Shown here piece by piece: positions 1-9,234 of a stretch of 64,000 nt of DNA. The stretch spans positions 490 to 64,489 of the forward strand of contig JAJFIW010000015.1 of NCBI GenBank assembly GCA_021774615.1, written 5' to 3'. The stretch's first letter is position 1, and each line of letters opens with the position of its first letter. The notes below the pieces were generated by a model. That model had not been told where the DNA came from. It did no database searches and saw only the letters and a program-made list of their open reading frames with translations. The stretch comes from Alphaproteobacteria bacterium. Its GTDB lineage: Bacteria; Pseudomonadota; Alphaproteobacteria; UBA1280; UBA6503. A program made the position numbers and the translations under genes.

Positions 1-1
1 T

Positions 2-205
2 GACCATGTACGAGTCCCACCTGACACACGTCGTGGGCAAAATGTGGTGATCTCTTTTAACCTGCCTGGCATTAGCATGCAGGCACAAGGCAAAGCGTTA
101 GAAGATGGGCACAAAGGGCAAACCATTCGTGTAATGAATGATGCGTCTAAAAGTATTATCGAGGTAAGCGTAACTGGTAACGGCCTTGTAACCGCAAACC
201 AGTAA
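2..205 (+). CDS. flgA: Flagellar basal-body P-ring formation protein FlgA, C-terminal fragment (5' end lies outside the window)
   Basis: Frame 2 reads ...GISMQAQGKALEDGHKGQTIRVMNDASKSIIEVSVTGNGLVTANQ* and stops at 203-205, immediately upstream of flgH. This is the typical FlgA C-terminal beta-rich motif and the usual flgA-flgH synteny. Confidence 0.55.
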   Translation, partial: DHVRVPPDTRRGQNVVISFNLPGISMQAQGKALEDGHKGQTIRVMNDASKSIIEVSVTGNGLVTANQ

Positions 206-231
206 GACAAAAACCAAAGGGAGAGAGAAAC

Positions 232-960
232 ATGAAAAAGCTTAGTACATTTATTACATTAGCGCTTTTAGCAGGCTCAGTCGCTGGCTGCGAAGGGTAC
301 GGGAGACCCGAGCTTGAGCCAATGGCACCAAGCATTACAAACATGCAGCAACAAGGCACATCATTACCGATGATGGCGCCACAAATACCCACACAGCTAA
401 AGTCAGCGTCAGGGTCTTTGTGGCAACCTGGCTCTAAGCAATTTTTTAGAGACCCACGAGCTAATAATATTGGCGATATCATGACCATTATTGTTTCTGA
501 ACAAGCAAATGCCACAACCGAAGCCAACACCGAAACCACACACGAGCAAGACTCTAACAGCTCCCTTGGCTCATTACTGGGTATAGGTAACAAGATACTA
601 CCTAAGGTTAAAATTGGTGCGGCTAACTTAGCAAACTCGGCACGTGCAAACGAGTTTACTGGCGAAGGCACTACCGACCGTAGCGACGAACTTACTGCAC
701 GAATTGCAGCAGTTGTTACCCATAAATTACCTAATGGCTATTTAGTCATCGAAGGGCGCCGTGAGGTACTGCTTAACTACGAAAAGCAAATACTAACTAT
801 TAAAGGTGTTGTACGCCCTGAAGACGTTGCCGCAGATAATACCATTAGTTCTGATAAAGTTGCAGAAGCCCGTATAGCCTATGTAGGCAGGGGCATATTA
901 GACGAGGTACAAAATGCGCCTTCTGGTGCCCGCTTCTTCCAACGGTGGTTACCGTTCTAG
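232..960 (+). CDS. flgH: Flagellar L-ring lipoprotein FlgH
   Basis: Lipoprotein signal peptide with lipobox (LLAGSVAGC). Conserved FlgH core (LTARIAAVV..LPNGYLVIEGRREVLLNYEKQILTIKGVVRPEDV...ISSDKVAEARIAYVGRG). GAGAG Shine-Dalgarno 8 nt upstream. Confidence 0.85.
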   Translation: MKKLSTFITLALLAGSVAGCEGYGRPELEPMAPSITNMQQQGTSLPMMAPQIPTQLKSASGSLWQPGSKQFFRDPRANNIGDIMTIIVSEQANATTEANTETTHEQDSNSSLGSLLGIGNKILPKVKIGAANLANSARANEFTGEGTTDRSDELTARIAAVVTHKLPNGYLVIEGRREVLLNYEKQILTIKGVVRPEDVAADNTISSDKVAEARIAYVGRGILDEVQNAPSGARFFQRWLPF

Positions 961-1038
961 GAAGCATACAAAGTTAGGTGCCTCTAGCCTCTCTCCCCCC
1001 CTTGCGGCGAGGCACCTATCACTCCCGCCTACCAAAAA

Positions 1039-1075
1039 AACTGAGTTGTGGTTCTCCCCCGCAACTCAGTTTTTA
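1039..1075 (+). terminator. Rho-independent terminator after flgH (stem aactgagttg/caactcagtt followed by a T-run)
   Basis: 10-bp perfect stem with a 13-nt loop, then tttt. Seen directly in the sequence. Confidence 0.5.
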
Positions 1076-1170
1076 CTTTTTGTACCCACATTAAAATGCT
1101 ATTTTATGCATATTAACCAAATTTAATCTTCTCTTCCCCTTTTCTATCTTCCCTTAAAAGGAGATACACC

Positions 1171-1857
1171 ATGGAATCTATTAAAGAACTCTGGATGTGG
1201 TTATGGCTACGATTCAACAATCGTAAAATCTTACACATCGCTAAAAATAGCACCCTACGTATTGAAGTAACGCTTGATACAGATGGCAATAAAGCTATGG
1301 GAACTGGTTTTGTTGTTGCTGCAAATAGAATTTGCACAACAAAACATACACTACAAGGTGCACGCTCTATTACCGTTTTTACTAACGATAAAAGGCGCTT
1401 TGAAGTTAACCTCAATAATGTCCATAAAGATAGCATGCTAGACATTGCATTTATTGATATCCCAGACCTAGACCTAACCCCAATTGAAATTGATACAAAC
1501 CTCCCCCAAAGTGGCACTAAGCCACTTACTGTAACCCAAACCAGGTTTGGTTATAAGCTAGGGCGAGGTCGAGTATCGTTTGATGTTGACGAGCTAGAAT
1601 TTGTAGCTCCAAAGTTAGATACTTTAACTCAACAAACAGAGCTATCCTTACTCATTAAAGTAACTGATGAGGGAGACTCTGGCTCATTAATACTTGCTCC
1701 GAACGGTAAGGCTGTAGGTATAATTACAGCTTACACACCTACCGCCGTTATTAAGTTTAAGGACTCATCTACGGATCGCGGAATAAGGCTATATGCATTA
1801 ACCCTTTTTACCCGTGGTTCTAGCATTAAAGATGCGCTAGAAAAACTTAGTAAGTAG
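1171..1857 (+). CDS. Small trypsin-like (S1/chymotrypsin-fold) serine peptidase, no signal peptide
   Basis: Catalytic triad context in order: TTKHTL (His), DIAFIDI (Asp), TDEGDSGSLIL (GDSGS Ser). Strong Shine-Dalgarno aaaaggagatacacc immediately before the ATG. Confidence 0.6.
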   Translation: MESIKELWMWLWLRFNNRKILHIAKNSTLRIEVTLDTDGNKAMGTGFVVAANRICTTKHTLQGARSITVFTNDKRRFEVNLNNVHKDSMLDIAFIDIPDLDLTPIEIDTNLPQSGTKPLTVTQTRFGYKLGRGRVSFDVDELEFVAPKLDTLTQQTELSLLIKVTDEGDSGSLILAPNGKAVGIITAYTPTAVIKFKDSSTDRGIRLYALTLFTRGSSIKDALEKLSK

Positions 1858-2106
1858 GACTCTACATAGTATCTATCCCACAAAATGGGAAAGCCATGAA
1901 ATGGCGGTTAGAGATGAGATTTTGCTTTTTGAAAAACCGTGGAAACGCAAGCGTATAGATAATACGTGCGGCATACGCGAAAGTTTGAAAAAAGCAAAAT
2001 ATCGCTCTAATTACCTTTTGTGGGATAGATACATGAAGAAAAAAGCCACCCATTATGGGTGTCTTTTTTCTTCTCTTATACCATTTCTCTAATAAGGCAT
2101 AATTAT

Positions 2107-2982
2107 ATGTATATAAAACCGCATATAGTATCAGATGACGAGGCAGAACATATATTTGATCTTGCCCGAAGCAATAATGGGCAAGAATTCTTGAGACTAG
2201 TCAAAGCTAAGCCCCAGCTACTTTGGGCACAAGAAAAAGCCACTGAACTATACCCCGCAGCATTATTTGCTATGCACGGTAATAGTTATATTGTAATTCG
2301 ACTTGCTGAAATAGAACAAAATGTTTTATGGCAAAAAAACAAGGGTAACACTACCGTAGTTAAAATCCTTGCTGAGAATAACAATTCTGACACTATACTA
2401 AGGCTAGCAAAGAAAACACCTACTATTCTTATTCAAGAAAAAAACCCTGCTGCAATTAGCCTCATGTTTGCTGAAAGAGGAGATACTGCAGTAGTACTAG
2501 AAATGGCACAAATAACTAATGTATCTATTGATAAAAAGGTTATTTTTACGCTAGCAAAGCAAAGACAAAACCATATTAATGCAATAATAAAATGCTTTGA
2601 ACTAAAGAAAGATCTTATTGCTGAGTGTGGCATAATCATGCCCTTATTTGCTAGAAGAAACAATATTGGCGCAGTTATGCAACTAGCCGAGGTATCAGAA
2701 AGTTTCCTAAATGCTACTTATAAAGGCAGAACAGCTACTTATTGGCTTGCCAGGCAGAACAATGCTAAAGCTGTGCTAATGCTAGCCAAGGAGTACCCAT
2801 GGCTAATAGAGCAAACTTGGCAAGGCAGAACAGTGGCAGTTATATTTGCGATTTATGGAAATATTGACTCAACAATACGATTGGTAGATGAATTTACAAA
2901 AGTACTATGGCAAGAGTACAAAGGAGTAACTATATCTGCTATGCTACACGAACCTGCTTTGGTAAAAAAATTACGTATCTAA
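2107..2982 (+). CDS. Ankyrin-repeat-like protein (eukaryote-like repeat protein, effector candidate)
   Basis: Tandem units of about 33 aa with ankyrin-like periodicity (AALFAMHGNSYIVIRLAE, TTVVKILAENNNSDTILRLAKK, AAISLMFAERGDTAVVLEMAQ, ATYWLARQNNAKAVLMLAKE). The ORF track starts at a GTG at 2059. The in-frame ATG at 2107 has an AAGG Shine-Dalgarno 9 nt upstream and is the preferred start. Confidence 0.5.
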   Translation: MYIKPHIVSDDEAEHIFDLARSNNGQEFLRLVKAKPQLLWAQEKATELYPAALFAMHGNSYIVIRLAEIEQNVLWQKNKGNTTVVKILAENNNSDTILRLAKKTPTILIQEKNPAAISLMFAERGDTAVVLEMAQITNVSIDKKVIFTLAKQRQNHINAIIKCFELKKDLIAECGIIMPLFARRNNIGAVMQLAEVSESFLNATYKGRTATYWLARQNNAKAVLMLAKEYPWLIEQTWQGRTVAVIFAIYGNIDSTIRLVDEFTKVLWQEYKGVTISAMLHEPALVKKLRI

Positions 2983-3030
2983 ATAACGATAAATCCCCTT
3001 GTACATCTGTACTAAGGGGATTTATCTTTT

Positions 3031-4131
3031 TTATTCTCTCATCCCTGATTGGTAATGGGCACTTTTACCAACTTCTTTTAGGTTGTACACGTAAGAGATA
3101 ACTTTCGCTACAGCTTCATATAAATTCAACGGGATTTCGTCGTCTACCTCTGCTTGGCTGTATAAGGCACGTGCTAGCGGCGGGTCTTCTACAATCGGAA
3201 TGTCGTATTCTTCGGCTCGTTCACGGATTTTTAGTGCCATATGGTCAACCCCTTTAGCTACCACTTTTGGTGCTGCACTTACCCCCTTGGTATACGACAA
3301 TGCAATCGCATAGTGAGTCGGGTTAGTAACAACAACATTTGCTTTGGGGATTTCTTGCATCATCCGCATCATCGCGCGTTCCATACGGATTTGCCGTTGC
3401 CGCTGGCGAATGTGGGGGTCACCTGTTGACTCTTTCATTTCGTCTTTTACCTCTTTTAAAGACATGCGCTGTTCTTTTAAAAACTCATAGCGCTGGTATA
3501 TAAAATCTAGCAAAGCTACTAGTGCTGCAATCGCTAGTACACCTAAAATCATCTCGAGGAATACTTTTTGGTTAAATAGTACAAATGCACCTATGCTCAT
3601 ATGCGGTAAAGCCATGAAAGTATCTTTATGGCGAATAATAATTAAAGAAATAACAATCCCCACAATAACCATTTTGATAAGAGATTTTAGAAACTCTACG
3701 AAAGACTTCATGGAGAAAAGCCTTTTAAAGCCTTTCATTAAACTAATCTTACTAAGTTTAGGTTTGATAGGGTCAACAGATAAAAGTGGCCCCACTTGTA
3801 CAATAGCACCAAAATAGCCAAATGCTGCTAAAAGCACCATACTAGGCAAAAGTGCAGACCCTAAAATACGTGCAGTTTCCCAGATAAGGGGGACTAGGTC
3901 ACCATCAGAAAGGCGTAAAGTTCCAGCTTCGGTTAGAATTGCACCAAAATAGTCGTAAACTTCGCCAAGCAATACAGGCAATGATATGGCAACAACAGCA
4001 ACAATCCCCAGCAGCATAAAGAAATGGTTAACTTCTTGTGACTTAGGCACCTGCCCCTGCTCGCGAGATTTCTCTAGTTTTCGCTCGGTGGGTTCTTCGG
4101 TTTTCTGCGAATCATCTTGTTCTTCTGACAT
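3031..4131 (-). CDS. flhB: Flagellar type III export protein FlhB
   Basis: N-terminal EEPTERKLEKSREQGQVPKSQE. NPTH autocleavage site (VVTNPTHYAIAL). C-terminal PKVVAKGVDHMALKIRERAEEYDIPIVEDPPLARALY. Confidence 0.9.
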   Translation of the reverse strand: MSEEQDDSQKTEEPTERKLEKSREQGQVPKSQEVNHFFMLLGIVAVVAISLPVLLGEVYDYFGAILTEAGTLRLSDGDLVPLIWETARILGSALLPSMVLLAAFGYFGAIVQVGPLLSVDPIKPKLSKISLMKGFKRLFSMKSFVEFLKSLIKMVIVGIVISLIIIRHKDTFMALPHMSIGAFVLFNQKVFLEMILGVLAIAALVALLDFIYQRYEFLKEQRMSLKEVKDEMKESTGDPHIRQRQRQIRMERAMMRMMQEIPKANVVVTNPTHYAIALSYTKGVSAAPKVVAKGVDHMALKIRERAEEYDIPIVEDPPLARALYSQAEVDDEIPLNLYEAVAKVISYVYNLKEVGKSAHYQSGMRE

Positions 4132-4157
4132 GTTTTAATCCCCCCGGAAAAATTAGC

Positions 4158-4583
4158 CTAAGAACGGTTTTTATGGGCTTCAAGCTTGGCAATTTCTACC
4201 GCTGAACGTACGTCAATTTCGTCAACAAGGCGGCGTAAATGCTCGGGTAACGAGGCACGGTCTAGCACTGTTGTTGCTAATGCTTGGCGTAAATCTTCAG
4301 CTGCAGAGGTTGGCTCTCCAGATAAAATATCTGCATACAAACGCTCTAGTTTTTCAAGCATCCACACACTGCGTTCGGCAGCATCCTGTGGTACATAACC
4401 ACAAGCAGCATCGCCATAACCTTCTTTGCTCTCAACTGCTTTAGGAGCATCTGTCGCATCAGTAGTCGACAAAGCATCTACCATGCTAGAAAAGCTCACA
4501 TCACTAGCACTACCAGACTTCTGGCTTTTCTTTTTCTTCTCGGTCTTATTTACACCCGAAGTATTATTGACTTTTATATCCAT
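4158..4583 (-). CDS. Hypothetical protein embedded between fliR and flhB (Lys-rich N-terminus, helical C-terminus), possible flagellar accessory protein
   Basis: ORF of 141 aa sitting precisely in the fliQ-fliR-[ORF]-flhB operon. No recognisable motif. Confidence 0.45.
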   Translation of the reverse strand: MDIKVNNTSGVNKTEKKKKSQKSGSASDVSFSSMVDALSTTDATDAPKAVESKEGYGDAACGYVPQDAAERSVWMLEKLERLYADILSGEPTSAAEDLRQALATTVLDRASLPEHLRRLVDEIDVRSAVEIAKLEAHKNRS

Positions 4584-4593
4584 AACAACCTAT

Positions 4594-5367
4594 CTACTCT
4601 ATTTGCGATTCTTGAGTAAAGATAATCGCATGATTAAATATTTCCTCATTAAACAAGGTTAACATACTCGCTAAAGTAACCCCAAGGATGAATAACCCCA
4701 AAGCTAACGTAAGCGGCAAGGCAATAAAAAATGCTTGCACCTGTGGTACGAGACGATTTAACAAGCCAAAACCCATATACACCAAAAAACCAATGGTTAC
4801 TACTGGGGCTGCAAGTTTTACGCCAATAAGGTATATATCGCCTATTAATTTTACCAATGAGGCCAACACATCGCCCATAAGAGGCAATTCTCCAACAGGG
4901 AGAATATCATAACTATCGAAAATAGCTTGTAACATTACTAAATGAAGCCCCGTTGCTAGTACCATCATACTACCAATTAAGGTCAGTAACAAAGCAGGAG
5001 CTGTAGAAATCGCACCCAAACGCGGGTCAAACAAAGTAGCAGCTTGGAAACCCGACATAAAGCTCATAATATCACCAGCAACAGCCATTGTTGCCAAAAA
5101 TAATCGTGCACCAAGTGCCATTAATAAACCTATTAACATTTCGCCAAGGGCCATCGTTACCATAACCGCAGTACTATTTGGTAGGTCGGGTATTTTACTT
5201 GCCAGTACGGGGTACATTAGAAAAGCGATTGAGACCCCTGCTAAAAGCCGAATTCTTGGTGTAATAGATGCGTCAGCAATAGCTGGCATAACCAGCATTG
5301 CAGTACCAAGGCGTAAAAATACCATGAAAAATGGAAAAACAAATAACTGGGTTATAAAGTCAGTCAT
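4594..5367 (-). CDS. fliR: Flagellar biosynthetic protein FliR
   Basis: Polytopic membrane protein of 257 aa immediately downstream of fliQ, with the typical FliR hydrophobic profile and position. Confidence 0.8.
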   Translation of the reverse strand: MTDFITQLFVFPFFMVFLRLGTAMLVMPAIADASITPRIRLLAGVSIAFLMYPVLASKIPDLPNSTAVMVTMALGEMLIGLLMALGARLFLATMAVAGDIMSFMSGFQAATLFDPRLGAISTAPALLLTLIGSMMVLATGLHLVMLQAIFDSYDILPVGELPLMGDVLASLVKLIGDIYLIGVKLAAPVVTIGFLVYMGFGLLNRLVPQVQAFFIALPLTLALGLFILGVTLASMLTLFNEEIFNHAIIFTQESQIE

Positions 5368-5372
5368 GGTAA

Positions 5373-5645
5373 TCAGCCACCGCCAACTGCAACAATTTGG
5401 TCAAAAAGTTGGATAGTTAGCAAGTTCATCTTCTCAGCCATCCAGGGCATAACAAAAAGCAGTGATAAGAAAACTAAAACAATTTTAGGTACAAAAGTTA
5501 ACGTCATCTCTTGGATAGACGTCAACGCCTGAAACAACGCAATTAATAACCCCGAGCCAAGTGCAACCACCATAATTGGCATTGTTATCCATAATAATGT
5601 AACAATAGCGTTATTTGAAATTTCTAGTACGGTTTCAGGTGTCAT
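5373..5645 (-). CDS. fliQ: Flagellar biosynthetic protein FliQ
   Basis: 90 aa with two transmembrane helices. Conserved FliQ sequence (LWITMPIMVVALGSGLLIALFQALTSIQEMTLTFVPKI). Confidence 0.9.
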   Translation of the reverse strand: MTPETVLEISNNAIVTLLWITMPIMVVALGSGLLIALFQALTSIQEMTLTFVPKIVLVFLSLLFVMPWMAEKMNLLTIQLFDQIVAVGGG

Positions 5646-5937
5646 TATATATTTATTCCATTAAACATATTTATAGTCGTTTAACTTTGTACTTACATAG
5701 TTAAACGGCTATGGTCGCAAACTGTTCTGCGACCCGCAAGTGTAGTGCAGCTGTGGCTTTGCCACAGTTTAAGCGAAACTTAGCGACAACCTAAGGCCGT
5801 GTGCGGTCTTAGGTTAAATTACTATACAGTTAAATGACTGTAGCATAAACCAGAAACCTATCCAACTGCAGGTTGAAAAACCAGATATAATTACCATACC
5901 TTAAATATGCAATAAAAACAGTTACAGGTAAAAGATA

Positions 5938-6714
5938 ATGGGTCTTGCATGTGGTATAAAACCTTCGTCCAGCCTTGTAGGCAGTAACACACGGCCTAAG
6001 CGAAGTCTTATTCTTAATGTACTACCAGACATCAGCAAAACCCCATCATCAGTACGAAACATTATCCTAGAAGAGTTAAACAAATACATTGGTCGCATAA
6101 ATCTAAATGGCGGTATATTAATAAACAGCGGCAAAACACTTAGTATTATCTGGCATTGGGGCACATGCACAGAGGAAGATATTGACCTAACAAACCCTGC
6201 AGAATTAGCAGACATTCTGCCCCATATTACTCCTAATACACCTCTGAGTAGCTTACATTGCACCGAGAATATTAGGCAACTTTTAAAACAAAGAATGTGT
6301 GATCCATTGTTCCAAGAAGTTATAAGCAATGCATTATGTACTGCTGAAGAAATAAACGAACTATGTAAAAATCTCTACCAAAAAGATCATCCGAATGGCG
6401 ACCCCTCATGGGAAGAACGGCTACAACTAACTAGCCCGATTAACTGTAAAATGGGCCTATGCCACGGTAAACTATTCATTATTGATGATAAGCCAGATGG
6501 TCTGTCACTTAAATTTGCTGAAGATATCGCAAGACTTGCTCCATATGGTGCAGTGTCCTGCGGCCCGATTGTTATGCGCACAATCGCTGAGATGATGCGC
6601 ACAGAGAATGGCTATAAAACCCAAAAAAGCTGTGTTCCTAAAATTGATAGCTTAAACACCCAAAAGATTGACAGCGCCCAAGTAAGCGCATCTATTTGGC
6701 AAATAACACTTTAA
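5938..6714 (+). CDS. Hypothetical protein (258 aa, Cys-containing, no recognised domain)
   Basis: Clean ORF divergent from fliQ. No motif recognised. Confidence 0.4.
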   Translation: MGLACGIKPSSSLVGSNTRPKRSLILNVLPDISKTPSSVRNIILEELNKYIGRINLNGGILINSGKTLSIIWHWGTCTEEDIDLTNPAELADILPHITPNTPLSSLHCTENIRQLLKQRMCDPLFQEVISNALCTAEEINELCKNLYQKDHPNGDPSWEERLQLTSPINCKMGLCHGKLFIIDDKPDGLSLKFAEDIARLAPYGAVSCGPIVMRTIAEMMRTENGYKTQKSCVPKIDSLNTQKIDSAQVSASIWQITL

Positions 6715-6857
6715 ATCTATACATCTAAATTATAGCTTGCAAAATATTATTTTGGGTTGATAATCACCCTGATATATTCCCATTCCTTTATTATGGAAAT
6801 CTTTTTACCTTTTCTTACTATTTTTTCTCACTTCTTCTTTTAGGAGGAACATATAAT

Positions 6858-7334
6858 ATGACTATTCAACTTATCCAAAAAACTCCAGACTTTAGTAAGT
6901 TCCGACCTAATGCTGGAGCTATTATTATTAATGAATATGGCCAAATTCTTTTCTGTAAGCGTGCCGACGTTAAAGACGTTTGGCAAATGCCGCAAGGAGG
7001 GATTGACTATGGTGAAGCCCCTGCCAAAGCAGTATTACGAGAATTACTCGAAGAAACTGGCATTAACACTGTATCAATTAAAGGTGCTTACCCTGATTGG
7101 TTAGTTTATAAATTTATAGAAGGCATGCGCCGAGACCATTTTATAGGCCAAGCGCAAAAGTGGTTCTTGCTAGAGTTTACAGGTGACCCTAATGGTATCG
7201 ATTTAAGCCAAGTAGCAGACCAAGAGTTTTCTGAATATAGCTGGGTAACACCAGAACATATTCTTGGAAATGTCGCACCATTTAAAAGAGAAGTATATGT
7301 AGAAGCTTACAAATACTTTGGTATTATTAGATAA
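6858..7334 (+). CDS. rppH: RNA pyrophosphohydrolase RppH (Nudix hydrolase)
   Basis: Canonical Nudix box GGIDYGEAPAKAVLRELLEETGI (G-x5-E-x7-REUxEExGU). AGGAGG Shine-Dalgarno. Size about 158 aa, typical of alphaproteobacterial RppH. Confidence 0.8.
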   Translation: MTIQLIQKTPDFSKFRPNAGAIIINEYGQILFCKRADVKDVWQMPQGGIDYGEAPAKAVLRELLEETGINTVSIKGAYPDWLVYKFIEGMRRDHFIGQAQKWFLLEFTGDPNGIDLSQVADQEFSEYSWVTPEHILGNVAPFKREVYVEAYKYFGIIR

Positions 7335-7342
7335 CTTCCCCC

Positions 7343-7723
7343 TTGGAGATCATTATGATTCCATTATTGTATCCTATTGAACAAATCGAAGAACTTGCCA
7401 AAGAAATAAAATTCATCATGACAGATGAAGAAGGCATCCTATGGTACATAGAACCATCTCCTGATATCCGTTGGACTTTTCTAGTTAAGAACCCTAAAAA
7501 ACTAGAAAAGGCTGAAGGAACAGTGGAAATGAGAACTATAGAAACTTTCCATTTATTTGCTCTTGAAGAATCATTTATCCCGACTGCAGCAGAAGTAATT
7601 GGGCAAATTCCAAAAACTTTAATTAACCAAGTTACAGCCGTCAGATGTATATTTGATGGCATAGCTAACTTGAGAGGCACTAAGGTTCATAGAGCACGGG
7701 TAATACTCTATACTAGAGCATAA
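7343..7723 (+). CDS. Hypothetical small protein, paralog A of a tandem pair
   Basis: Shares the GILWYIE-PD--WT ... EV--QIP--L ... ILY motif skeleton with the next ORF. TGGAG Shine-Dalgarno. Confidence 0.55.
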   Translation: MEIIMIPLLYPIEQIEELAKEIKFIMTDEEGILWYIEPSPDIRWTFLVKNPKKLEKAEGTVEMRTIETFHLFALEESFIPTAAEVIGQIPKTLINQVTAVRCIFDGIANLRGTKVHRARVILYTRA

Positions 7724-7752
7724 TTAATACCCTTTTTTATTTTTCCCACTCT

Positions 7753-8148
7753 TTGGAGAAATATATGAAATCAGCTAGAAAAATCCCAATGTTATGCGGC
7801 AACGATGAAACATCCCGCCGAGCAAAAATTATAAAGCCACTGGTCAGAGCAACTACCAGTGGAATACTTTGGTATATCGAAGAACCAGACCATTTATGGA
7901 CTACAAATATCCATGATGACCCACGGTTTATTGGAAATACTGATGGCTTAGTACAAGTGGCAAAAATTGTTACTTCTCATCTACGTCGTAGTTCTAATGA
8001 GTTTTCAGCATCTGTCGGTGAAGTTCTATCCCAGATACCTGAATGTTTATTAGCTGGTGTGGTAGCTTTTGAATGCCAGCCAATTAAAAGTATTGGTGGT
8101 ACTTACCCTATGGCAAGCACCATTCTTTACGGCAAGAAAGCCGCTTAG
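7753..8148 (+). CDS. Hypothetical small protein, paralog B of a tandem pair
   Basis: SGILWYIEEPDHLWTT...VGEVLSQIPECLL...TILYGK aligns to the preceding ORF. TTGGAG Shine-Dalgarno. Confidence 0.55.
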   Translation: MEKYMKSARKIPMLCGNDETSRRAKIIKPLVRATTSGILWYIEEPDHLWTTNIHDDPRFIGNTDGLVQVAKIVTSHLRRSSNEFSASVGEVLSQIPECLLAGVVAFECQPIKSIGGTYPMASTILYGKKAA

Positions 8149-8209
8149 CGAGAAAGATAAAAACCCAGTGCAATGCACTGGGTTTTTATCTTTCTTATGT
8201 ACTTCAAAT

Positions 8210-9205
8210 TTATAACAAGCTTGTTGCCGACTTATTATTATCCATTTCTGCCCAAACCTCGCGCCAGTCGCCAGTTGTAGAGGCTTTAGAATATTCTGTA
8301 GCGCGTGCTTCAAAGAAGTTGGCGTGCTCTACACCATTAAGCATTTCGTTCATCCATGGTAGTGGATGCTTTTCGATACCATACAAGATCGGCATATTAA
8401 GCTGGGTTAAACGATGGTCTGCAATATAGCGGATATAGTCTTTAACCTCTTGTGCTGTAAGGCCTTCGATGTCTCCCATTTCGAATGCTAAATCAATAAA
8501 CTTGTCTTCAAGCTCGACGATGTTTGCGCAAATAGACTGGATGTCGCTTACCATTTCGTCGTCAAGAACTTCAGGGTTCTCTTTACAGAAAGTATTAAAC
8601 AGGCGAATAATAGATGCACAATGCAACGACTCGTCACGCACCGACCAAGTAATAATCTGCCCCATCCCCTTCATTTTATTAAAGCGGGGGAAGTTCATCA
8701 ACATTGCGAAACTAGCAAATAGTTGTAAGCCTTCAGTAAAAGCACCAAATGCTGCCATAGTACGGGCTGTATCGCGCTTATTATCCATATTAAATTTATG
8801 CATATAAGCTACTTTATTAGACATTTGTTCGTATTCTAAAAATGCCTTATATTCGGTGTCAGGCATGCCGATTGTATCTAGCAAATGCGCATAAGCTGCA
8901 ATGTGGATTGTTTCGGTATTAGAAAATGCCGCCAACATCATTTTAATTTCTGTTGGTTTAAATACTTTACCGTACTGTTCCATGTAGCAATCGTTAACTT
9001 CGATATCAGCTTGGGTAAAGAAACGGAAAATCTGGGTTAACAAGTTACGTTCTGCTGGCTCAAGCTTTTGGTTCCAGTCACGAACATCATCAGCCATTGG
9101 TACTTCTTCAGGTAGCCAGTGGATACGCTGTTGCATAAGCCAAGCCTCATAAGCCCAGTCATACTCAAATGGTTTAAATCCAACACGTGCTTTATCTAAT
9201 GGCAT
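8210..9205 (-). CDS. nrdB: Class Ia ribonucleotide reductase small (beta/R2) subunit
   Basis: Ferritin-like di-iron protein with R2 motifs (ESLHCASI, EVNDCY) and C-terminal SATSLL. Immediately downstream of nrdA. Confidence 0.85.
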   Translation of the reverse strand: MPLDKARVGFKPFEYDWAYEAWLMQQRIHWLPEEVPMADDVRDWNQKLEPAERNLLTQIFRFFTQADIEVNDCYMEQYGKVFKPTEIKMMLAAFSNTETIHIAAYAHLLDTIGMPDTEYKAFLEYEQMSNKVAYMHKFNMDNKRDTARTMAAFGAFTEGLQLFASFAMLMNFPRFNKMKGMGQIITWSVRDESLHCASIIRLFNTFCKENPEVLDDEMVSDIQSICANIVELEDKFIDLAFEMGDIEGLTAQEVKDYIRYIADHRLTQLNMPILYGIEKHPLPWMNEMLNGVEHANFFEARATEYSKASTTGDWREVWAEMDNNKSATSLL

Positions 9206-9234
9206 AGTATTATCCTTTTCTTAAAAATTTACCG

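Noticed and set aside
5690-5830. Possibility that the hairpin cluster upstream of fliQ is tmRNA or SRP RNA
   Set aside because: No tag-peptide reading frame ending in ...AA-stop. No SRP domain-IV GGAAGCAGC-type motif could be found. It is kept only as a generic structured region.
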